From Malacoraja senta (lineage: Eukaryota), in the NCBI GenBank assembly GCA_038087875.1, contig CM075985.1, positions 25,048,001 to 25,112,000 on the forward strand: a stretch of DNA of 64,000 nucleotides. The letters are read 5' to 3'. The notes below the pieces were generated by a model. The model searched no databases, was not told the origin of the DNA, and saw only the letters and a list, made by a program, of their open reading frames with translations. Below are positions 50,801-62,800 of this stretch, one piece after another. The position numbers were made by a program, and so were the translations under genes. Numbering within the stretch: position 1 is the stretch's first letter; the number at the start of each line of letters is the position of its first letter.

Positions 50801-53800
50801 CTGTGGAAAAAATCCCCACAGACCCACAGCAAACGGACACGGAAATACTTCCAAAAAAGTTTATACTTACCTTGTAGTTTAAAAACTACAATTCCACTAG
50901 AGGAGCTCTGCTCCTCGTGTCCGTTTGCGCCAATGCGTCTGACGTAATGACGCGCAGGTGCACTGGCGGGATTCTTCACGTAGTCACTCACGTGACTCCG
51001 AAGTAAAATGTAAGATATTTGTTGTTCGGTTGGTAAAATTGGATTATTTTCTCGAGAAGATCGGAAGTTGAGGGAACACCTGATGGTGGTGTCTGGAAAT
51101 AAGAGACGCATAAATAGGGTAGAGTGTTATTTCCAGGGTAGAAATGTCAAAGGCTAGAGGGCACAGCTTTAAGGTGAGTGGGGGAAAATGTAATGGAGAT
51201 TACCGTATTAAGATTTTTAACATTTAAAAAAAAATGTTCGGCACAGATAATAGACAATAAACAATAGTTGCAGAAGTAGACCATTCGGCCCTTCGTGCCA
51301 GCACTGCCATTCAATGTGATCATGGCTGATCATCCCCAATCAGTACCCCGTTCCTGCCTTTTCCCCATATCCCCTGACTCCGCTATCTTTAAGAGCCCTA
51401 TCTAGCTCTCTCTTGAAAGTATCCAGAGAACCGTCCTCCACCGCCGTCTGAGGCAGAGAATTCCACAGACTCACAACTCTCTGTGAGAAAAAGTGTTTCT
51501 TCATCTCCATTTTAAATGGCTTACCTCTTATTCTTAAACTGTGCCCCCTGGTTCTGGATTCCCCAACATCGGGAACATGTTTCCTGCCTCTAGCGTGTCC
51601 AAATCCTTAACAATCTTATATGTTTCAATAAAATTCCCTCTCATCCTTCTAAACTCCAGAGTGTACAAGCCCAGCCACCCCATTATCTCAGCACATGACA
51701 GTCCCGCCATCCCGGGAATTAACCTTGTAAACCTACGCTGCACTCCCTCAATAGCAAGAATGTCCGTCCTCAAATTATGGGACCAAAACTGCACACAATA
51801 CTCCAGGTGTGGTCTCACTAGGGCCCTGTACAACTGCAGAAGGACCTCTTTGCTCCTATACTCGAATCTTCTTGTTGTAAAGGCCAACATGCCATTCGCT
51901 TTCTTCACTGCCTTCTGTACCTGCATGTTTACTTTCATAGACTGATGAACAAGGACCCCCCAGATCACGTTGTACTTCCCCTTTTCCCAACTTGACGCCA
52001 TTTAGATCAAATCTGCCTTCCTGTTTTTGATACCAAAGTGGATAACCTCACATTTATCCACATTAAACTTCATCTGCCGTGCATCTGCCCACTCCCCCAA
52101 CCTGTCCAAGTCACCCTGCATTCTCATAGCATCCTCCTCACAGTACACTCTGCCACCCAACTTTGTGTCATCTGCAAATTTGCTAATGTTACTTTGAATC
52201 CTTTCATCCAAATCATTGATGTATATTGTAAATAGCTGCGGTCCCAGCACCTAGCCTTGTGGTACCCCACTATTCACTGCCTGCCATTCTGAAAGGGACC
52301 CGTTAATCCCTACTCTTTGTTTCCTATCTGCCAACCAATTTTCTATCCATGTCAGCACTCTACCCCCAATACCATGTGCCCTAATTTTGCCCACTAATCT
52401 CCAATGTGGGACCTTATCAAATGCTTTCTGAAAGTCCAGGTACACTACATCCACTGGCTCTCCCTTTTCCATTTTCCTAGTTACACCCTCAAAAAATTCC
52501 AGAAGATTAGTCAAGCATGATTTCCCCTTCGTAAATCCATGCTGACTCGGACCGATCCTGTTACTGCTATCCAAATGTGCAGCAATTTCATCTTTTATAA
52601 TTGACTCCAGCATCTTCCCTACCACCAATGTCAGGTTAACTGGTCTATAATTCCCTGTTTTCTCTCTCCCGCCATTCTTAAAAAGTGGGATAACATTAGC
52701 TACCCTCCAATCCACAGGAACTGATCCTGAGTCTATAGAACATTGGAAAATTATCACCAATGCATCCACGATTTCTAGAGCCGCTTCCTGGAGTACCCTG
52801 GGATGCAGACCATCAGGCTCTGGGGATTTATCAGCCTTCAGTCCCATCAGTCTACCCAACACCATTTCCTGTCTAATGTGGATTTCCTTCAGTTCCTCCA
52901 TCACCCCAGATCTTCTGACCACTACTATATCAGAAAGATTGTTTGTGTCCTCCTTAGTGAAGACGGATCCAAAGTACCTGTTCAACTCATCTGCCATTTC
53001 CTTATTCCCCATAATAAATTCACGTTTTTCGGTCTTCAAGGATCCAACTTTGGTCTTAACTAATTCTTTCCTCTTCACATACCTAAAGAAGCGTTTACTA
53101 TCCCCCTTTATATTCTTGGCTAGCTTACCTTCGTACCTCAACTTTTCTCCTCGTATTGTCTTTTTAGTTATCTTCTGTTGCTCTTTAAACATTACCCAAT
53201 CCTTTTGCTTCCCGCTCATCTTTGCTACGTTGTACTTCTTCTCTTTTATTTTTTTACTGTCCCTGATGTCCCTTGTCAGCCACAGTCGCCCCTTACTGCC
53301 CTTGGAATCTTTCTTCCTCCTAGGAATGAACTGATCCTGCACCTTCTGTATTATTCCTAGAAATACCTGCCATTGGTGTTCCACTGTCATCCCTGCTAGT
53401 GCATCTTTCAGTCAACTTTGGCCAGCTCCTCCCTCATGGCCCCATAGTCTCCTTTATTCAACTGTAACAATGACACCTCCGATCTACCCTTCTCCCTCTC
53501 CAATTGTAGATTAAACCTGACCATATTAAGGTCAATACCTGCTAATGGCTCATTAACCTCAAGTTCCTTTATAAAAATCCGGTTCATTACATAACACTAA
53601 ATCCAGAAGTGCCTTCTCCCTGGTTGGCACCAATACAAGCTGCTCTAAGAATCCATCACAATGGCACTACAAAGTAACGTTCTTGGGGTCCAGTACCAAC
53701 CTGATTTTCCTAGTCTACCTGCATGTTGTAATCTCCCATAACAACCACAGCATTACCTTTGCTACATGCCAATTATATCCTCTGATTCAACTTGCACCCT

Positions 53801-56800
53801 ATGTCCAGGCTACTGTTTGTGGGCCTGTAGATAAGTCCCATTGGTGTCTTTTTACCCCTACAATTTCTTAGTTCTATCCATAGTGACACCACATCAACTG
53901 TTTTAGTTCACAATGATACTGTGGACTGAAGATATTGTGGATTGTGGTACTGTGCTGTACTGTTGTATTTGTAGATTTATAATATGTCAGCCTAAGAGTA
54001 CTACTTTCTCAAAAATTGCAACGTTGAAAATACTAAATAAGGATTGACATGTGCTTGCATTTCTAGTAAAACATGCATTTCTGATGTCATTTGAACAAAT
54101 ACTTCACTTACCAGATGTGGAACTGGAAGGAGGGTGATGTGTTGATGCAGTTGTAACTGGGGAAAAAAAAGAAAACATTCAGCTGCTGCAGCTTTCTGAT
54201 GTTGAGTACACTGATGATTGATAACACCTTAAGAGATGAAACTCCTTCTATCTCGATCAGTAACAGGCAAACTCTGATCCAAATCAATGCTCTAGCTTTC
54301 AATTATGTCATATAGAGAGATATCTTATCCACTTCTATATTATTCAAGCAGGTGTACTGAATGTGGAAAGAACAAAATCATGAATTTAAATGCATCCTGC
54401 AAATGACAATAATCTTGCACATTTCCACAGACTGCTGCTCTTGATGAACCTGCGCTGGTGAATGCATTCGTATAATCATATACGTAACAATGCAAATTTT
54501 CTTATATCATTTGAAGAAATCCATCACTTACCAGTTGTTGAATGATGAACAGACGGAGTGATTGTTGTACTTCCTGTTGTAATTGTAATTTGGAAACAGA
54601 AAGAAAAATAATCAAATTGAAGACATTTTTGACTACTGCAAAGTAGTCAAATTGATCATCGTCCACTATTTGGTTATTTTATAGACACTCAATGTTAGAG
54701 CAAAAATAAATTATTGCTTTTTAATATAACATGGTCTCCTTCAGGTGGATGTGGAAATGTCAACATTGGTACAAAAAACACTATAAAATGACTATAAAAA
54801 TCACTATTTAATCACTATAAAAAATCACTATTTAAAACCACTATTGAGGAAGGACATCCTTGTGATTGAGTCAGTGCAGCGTAGGATCACGAGATTGATC
54901 CCAGGGATGGCGGGGATGGCATATGAGGAAAGATTGAAAAAACTAGGCTTGTATTCACTGGAGTTTAGAAGGATGAGGGGGTTTCTTATAGCAACATATA
55001 AAATTATAAAAGGACTGGACAAGCTAGAGGCAGGAAAATTGTTCCCAATGTTGGGCGAGTCCAGAACCAGGAGCCACAGTCTTAGAATAAAGGGGAGGTC
55101 ATTTAAGACTGAGGTGAGAAAAAACATTTTCACCCAGTTAGTTCTGAATTTATGGAATTCCCTGACACAGAGGGCAGTGGAGGTCAAATCACTGGATGGA
55201 TTTAAGAGAGAGTTAGATAGAGCTCTAGGGTCTAGTGGAGTCAAGGGATATGGGGAGAAGACAGGCACGGGTTATTGATAGGGGACGATCAGCCATGATC
55301 ATAATGAATGGCGGTGCTGTTTCGAAGGGCCGAATGGCCTCCTCCTCCACCTATTTTCTTTGTTTCTATGTTACAATGTTTCTATGTTAATCATGTGATT
55401 TTTTTCAAAACTTTATTTACCTTACTAGACAAAATGGTGCTTGTTTTTTTGGCTATATCCTGAGGCAACTTGAAATGCAGATTTGAGTTGATGGATTTGT
55501 GTCAAATACTCTCATTGTTTGCTTTTGTAATTATTTGGTGATTCTATTGAAAAAAGAACTCACCACTTGTGGAACTGGTAGAGGGAGTTGTTGTTACTTT
55601 GGTTGTACTTGGCTCTGCTGACGAACAAGGGAAAGTATTAAAAAATGCTGCACACCAGCTCCATTTGCAACTAATTAGAGAGAGTGACTTGACAAACATG
55701 GTGAAGTGGATACGTCAAGTAATGATTAATGTTCAGTCCTCAAATACAACATAGCAAGGTTAGGTACCATGGAGCAAACCATCAGTTGCACCTGTTCTTA
55801 TAAATGTATTCTGACGTAATGATAGATAAATTAGGGGATGCATAGAGTACAGTTAACATGGGTGTCGCAATCTGTACACAGATTTAACTTGATTTGTAAA
55901 TGCAGAGTGCAACTTTCAAACAAGGATCGATGCTGAATTTTTTGCAATTTGCGATACATTTCTAAAAGTCTTGGAAGTACATGTAGATGGGTTGATTAGT
56001 AAGTTTGCAGATGACACCAAGATTGGTATAGTTCTGGAAGAGTTTGGAAGTCATGTAACAGCTTTGTAGATCTTTGGTTAGGCCACATTTGAAGTATTCA
56101 ATGCTCTAGCTTTCAATTATGTCATATAGGAAAATATCTTATCCACTTCTATATTATTCAAGCAGGTGTACTGAATGTGGAAAGAACAAAATCATGAATT
56201 TTATTGCATCCTGTAAATGACAATAATCTTGTACATTTCCACAGACTGCTGCTCTTCATGAAACTACGCTGGTGAATGCATTTGTGTATTCATATACGTA
56301 ACAATGCATTTTTTCTTATATCATTTGAAGAAATCCATCACTTACCAATTGTTGATTGATGAACAGACGGAGTGATTGTTGTACTTCCTGTTGTAATTGT
56401 AATTTGGAAACAGAAAGAAAAATCATCAAATTGAAGACATTTTTGACTACGGCAAAGCAGTAAAATTGATCATCATCCACTATTTGGTTATTTTAGAGAC
56501 ACTCAATGTTAGAGCAAAAATAAATTATTGTTTTTTAATATAACATGGTCTCCTTCAGGTGGATAAGTGGAAATGGCAACATTGGTACAAAAATCACTAT
56601 TTAATCATGTGACGTTTTTCAAAACTTTTTTTACCTTACTAGACAAAATGGTGCTTGATTTTTTTGGCTATATCCTGAGGCAACTTGAAATGCAGATTTG
56701 AGTTGATGGATTTGAGTCAAATACTCTCATTGTTTGCTTCTGTAATTATTTGGTGAATCTATTGAAAAAAGAACTCACCACTTGTGGAACTGGTAGAGGG

Positions 56801-59800
56801 AGTTGTTGTTATTTTGGTTGTAGTTGGCTCTGCTGGAGAACATGGGAAAGTATTAAAAAAATGCTGAATACCAGCTCCATTAGCAACTCATTAGAGAGAG
56901 TGACTTGACAAACATGGTGAAGTGGATACGAAAAGTAATGATTAATGTGCAGTCCTCAAATACAACATAGCAAGGTTAGGTACCATGGAGCAAACCATCA
57001 GTTGCACCTGTTCTTATAAATGTATTCTGCCATAATGATAGATAAATGAAAGGATGCATAGAGTACAGTGAACATGGGTGTCGCAATCTGTACACAGATT
57101 TAACTTGATTTGTAAATGTAGAGTGCAACTTTCAAACAAGGATCGATGCTGAATTTTTTGCAATTTGCGATACATTTCTAAAAGACTTGGAAGTAAGTGA
57201 AGATGGGTTGATTAGTAAGTTTGCAGATGACACCAAGATTGGTGTAGTTCTGGAAGAGTTTGGAAGTCATGTTACAGCTTTGTAGATCTTTGGTTAGGCC
57301 ACATTTGAAGTATTGCGTGCAGTTTTGGTCTCAACACACAGGAAGCATTTGAAGGCTTTGGAGAGTGTAAAGAACAGGTTGACCAGAATGTTGCCTAATG
57401 TAAGTTATTTGTTGTTCGGTTGGTAAAATTGGATTATTTTCTCGAGAAGATCGGAAGTTGAGGGAACACCTGATGGTAGTGTCTGGAAATATGAGACGCA
57501 TAAATAGGGTAGAGTGTTATTTCCATGGTAGAAATGTCAAAGGCTAGAGGGCACAGCTTTAAGGTGAGTGGGGGAAAATGTAATGGAGATTACCGTATTA
57601 AGATTTTTAACAATTAAAAAAAAATGTTCGGCACAGATACTGTGGACCGAAGATATTGTGGATTGTGGTCCTGCGCTGTACTGTTGTATTTGACGATTTA
57701 TAAAATGTCAGCCTAAGTGTACTACTTTCGCAAAAATTGCAACGTTGAAAATACTAAATAAGGATTGACATGTGCTTGCATTTCTAGTAAAACATGCATT
57801 TCTGATGTCATTTGAACAAATACTTCACTTACCAGATGTGGAACTGGGAGGAGGGGAATGTGTTGTTGATGCAGTTGTAACTGGGAAAACAAAAGTAAAA
57901 ATTCAGCTGCTGCAGCTTTCTGATGTTGAGTACACTGATGATTAATAACGCCTTAATAGATGAAACTCCTTCTATCTTGATCTGTAACAGGCAAACACTG
58001 ATCCAAATCAATGCTCACTAGCTTTCAATTTATGTCAGATAGGGAAATATCTTATCCACTTCTATATTATTCAAGCAGGTGTACTGAATGTGGAAAGAAC
58101 AAAATCATGAATTTAATTGCATCCTGTAAATGACAATAATCTTGTACATTTCCACAGACTGCTGCTCTTGATGACACTGCGCTGGTGAATGCATTCGTGT
58201 ATTCATATACGTAACAATGCAATTTTTCTTATATCATTTGAAGAAATCCATCACTTACCAGTTGTTGAATGATGAACAGATGGAGTGATTGTTGTACTTC
58301 CTGTTGTAATTATAATTTGGAAACAGAAAGAAAAATAATCAAATTGAAGACATTTTTGACTACTGCAAAGCAGTAAAATTGATCATCATCCACTATTTGG
58401 TTATTTTATAGACACTCAAGCTTAGAGCAAAAATAAATTATTGCTTTTTAATATAACATGGTCTCCTTCAGGTGGATGTGGAAATGTCAACATTGGTACA
58501 AAAATCACTATTTAATCATGTGACGTTTTTCAAAACTTTATTTACCTTACTAGACAAAATGGTGCTTGATTTTTTTGGCTATTTTCCTGAGGCAACTTGA
58601 AATGCAGATTTGAGTTGATGGATTTGTGTCAAATAATCTCATTGTTTTCTTTTGTAATTAATTGGTGATTCAATTGAAAAAAGAACTCACCACTTGTGAA
58701 ACTGGTAGAGGGAGTTGTTACTTTGGTTGTAGTTGGCTCTGCTGGAGAACAAGGGAAAGTATTAAAAAATGCTGCACATCAGCTCTATTTGCAGCTAATT
58801 AGAGAGAGTGACTTGACAAACATGGTGAAGTGGATACGAAAAGTAATGATTAATGTGCAGTCCTCAAATACATCATAGCAAGGTTAGGTACCATGGAGCA
58901 AACCATCAGTTGCACCTGTTCTTATAAATGGATTCTGACGTAATGATAGATAAATGAAGGGATGCATAGAGTACAGTGAACATGGGTGTCGCAATATGTA
59001 CACAGATTTAACTTGATTTGTAAATGCAGAGTGCAACTTTCAAACAAGGATCGATGCTGAATTTTTTGCAATTTGCGATACATTTCTAAAAGACTTGGAA
59101 GTAAATGAAGATGGGTTGATTAGTAAGTTTGAAGATGACACCAAGATTAGTGTAGTTCTGGAAGAGTTTGGAAGACATGTTACAGCTTTGTAGATCTTTG
59201 GTTAGGCCACATTTGAAGTATTGCGTGCAGTTTTGGTCTCAACACACAGGAAGCATTTGAAGGCTTTGGCGAGTGTAAAGAACAGGTTGACCAGAATGCT
59301 GCCTAATGTAAGATATTTGTTGTTCGGTTGATGAAATTGGATTATTTTCTCGAGAAGATCGGAAGTTGAGGGAACACCTGATGGTAGTGTCTGGAAATAT
59401 GAGACGCATAAATAGGGTAGTGTTATTTCCAGGGTAGAAATGTCAAAGGCTAGAGGACACAGCTTTAAGGTGAGTGGGGGAAAATGTAATGGAGTTTACC
59501 GTATTAAGATTTTTAACATTTTTTAAAAAATGATCGGCACAGATACTGTGGACTGAAGATATTGTGGATTGTGGTCCTGCACTGTACTGTTGTATTTGAC
59601 GATTTATAAAATGTCAGCCTAAGAGTACTACTTTCGCAAAAATTGCAACGTTGAAAATACTAAATAAGGATTGACATGTGCTTGCATTTCTAGTAAAACA
59701 TGCATTTCTGGTCATTTCAACAAATCACTTACCAGATGTGGAACTGGGAGGAGGGTGATGTGTTGTTGATGCAGTTGTAACTGGGAAAACAAAAGTAAAA

Positions 59801-62800
59801 ATTCAGCTGCTGCAGCTTTCTGATGTTGAGTACGCTGATGATTGATAACGCCTTAAGAGATGAAACTCCTTCTATCTCGATCTGTAACAGGCAAACTCTG
59901 ATCCAAATCAATGCTCTAGCTTTCAATTATGTCATATAGGGAAATATCTTATCCACTTCTATATTATTCAAGCAGGTGTACTGAATGTGGAAAGATCAAA
60001 ATCATGAATTTTATTGCATCCTGTAAATAACAATAATCTTGTACATTTCCACAGACTGCTGCTCTTGATGAAACTGCGCTGGTGAATGCATTCGTGTATA
60101 CATATACGTAACAATGCAATTGTTCTTATATCATTTGAAGAAATCCATCACTTACCAGTTGTTGAATGATGAACAGACGGAGTGATTGTTGTACTTCCTG
60201 TTGTAATTGTAATTTGGAAACAGAAAGAAAAATAATCAAATTGAAGACATTTTTGACTACTGCAAAGCAGTAAAATTGATCATCATCCACTATTTGGTTA
60301 TTTTATAGACACTCAATGTTAGAGCAAAAATAAATTATTGCTTTTTAATATAACATGGTCTCCTTCAGGTGGATGTGGAAATGTCAACATTGGTACAAAA
60401 ATCACTATAAAATGACTATAAAAATCACTATTTAATCACTATAAAAAATCACTATTTAAAACCACTATTGAGGAAGGACATCCTTGTGATTGAGTCAGTG
60501 CAGCGTAGGATCACGAGATTGATCCCAGGGATGGCAGGGATGGCATATGAGGAAAGATTGAAAAAACTAGGCTTGTATTCACTGGAGTTTAGAAGGATGA
60601 GGGGGTTTCTTATAGCAACATATAAAATTATAAAAGGACTGGACAAGCTAGAGGCAGGAAAATTGTTCCCAATGTTGGGCGAGTCCAGAACCAGGAGCCA
60701 CAGTCTTAGAATAAAGGGGAGGTCATTTAAGACTGAGGTGAGAAAAAACATTTTCACCCAGTTAGTTGTGAATTTATGGAATTCCCTGACACAGAGGGCA
60801 GTGGAGGTCAAATCACTGGATGGATTTAAGAGAGAGTTAGATAGAGCTCTAGGGTCTAGTGGAGTCAAGGGATATGGGGAGAAGACAGGCACGGGTTATT
60901 GATAGGGGACGATCAGCCATGATCATAATGAATGGCGGTGCTGTTTCGAAGGGCCGAATGGCCTCCTCCTCCACCTATTTTCTTTGTTTCTATGTTGCAA
61001 TGTTTCTATGTTAATCATGTGACGTTTTTCAAAACTTTATTTACCTTACTAGACACAATGGTGCTTGATTGTTTTGGCTATTTCCTGAGGCAACTTGAAA
61101 TGCAGATTTGAGTTGATGGATTTGTGTCAAATACTCTCATTGTTTGCTTTTGTAATTATTTGGTGATTCTATTGAAAAAAGAACTCACCACTTGTGGAAC
61201 TGGTAGAGGGAGTTGTTGTTACTTTGGTTGTACTTGGCTCTGCTGACGAACAAGGGAAAGTATTAAAAAATGCTGCACACCAGCTCCATTTGCAACTAAT
61301 TAGAGAGAGTGACTTGACAAACATGGTGAAGTGGATACGACAAGTAATGATTAATGTGCAGTCCTCAAATACAACATAGCAAGGTTAGGTACCATGGAGC
61401 AAACCATCAGTTGCACCTGTTCTTATAAATGTATTCTGACGTAATGATAGATAAATTAGGGGATGCATAGAGTACAGTGAACATGAGTGTCGCAATCTGT
61501 TCACAGATTTAACTTGATTTGTAAATGCAGAGTGCAACTTTCAAACAAGGATCGATGCTGAATTTTTTGCAATTTGCGATACATTTCTAAAAGTCTTGGA
61601 AGTACATGTAGATGGGTTGATTAGTAAGTTTGCAGATGACACCAAGATTGGTATAGTTCTGGAAGAGTTTGGAAGTCATGTAACAGATTTGTAGATCTTT
61701 GGTTAGGCCACATTTGAAGTATTCAATGCTCTAGCTTTCAATTATGTCATATAGGGAAATATCTTATCCACTTCTATATTATTCAAGCAGGTATACTGAA
61801 TGTGGAAAGAACAAAATCATGAATTTTATTGCATCCTGTAAATGACAATAATCTTGTACATTTCCACAGACTGCTGCTCTTCATGAAACTACGCTGGTGA
61901 ATGCATTCGTGTATTCATATACGTAACAATGCAATTTTTCTTGTATCATTTGAAGAAATCCATCACTTACCAGTTGTTGAATGATGAACAGACGGAGTGA
62001 TTGTTGTACTTCCTGTTGTAATTGTAATTTGGAAACAGAAAGAAAAATCATCAAATTGAAGACATTTTTGACTACGGCAAAGCAGTAAAATTGATCATCA
62101 TCCACTATTTGGTTATTTTAGAGACACTCAATGTTAGAGCAAAAATAAATTATTGTTTTTTAATATAACATGGTCTCCTTCAGGTGGATAAGTGGAAATG
62201 GCAACATTGGTACAAAAATCACTATTTAATCATGTGACGTTTTTCAAAACTTTTTTTACCTTACTAGACAAAATGGTGCTTGATTTTTTTGGCTATATCC
62301 TGAGGCAACTTGAAATGCAGATTTGAGTTGATGGATTTGAGTCAAATACTCTCATTGTTTGCTTCTGTAATTATTTGGTGAATCTATTGAAAAAAGAACT
62401 CACCACTTGTGGAACTGGTAGAGGGAGTTGTTGTTACTTTGGTTGTAGTTGGCTCTGCTGGAGAACAAGGGAAAGTATTAAAAAAATGCTGAATACCAGC
62501 TCCATTAGCAACTAATTAGAGAGAGTGATTTGACAAACATGGTGAAGTGGATACGAAAAGTAATGATTAATGTGCAGTCCTCAAATACAACATAGCAAGG
62601 TTAGGTACCATGGAGCAAACCATCAGTTGCACCTGTTCTTATAAATGTATTCTGACGTAATGATAGATAAATGAAAGGATGCATAGAGTACAGTGAACAT
62701 GGGTGTCGCAATCTGTACACAGATTTAACTTGATTTGTAAATGCAGAGTGCAACTTTCAAACAAGGATCGATGCTGAATTTTTTGCAATTTGCGATACAT

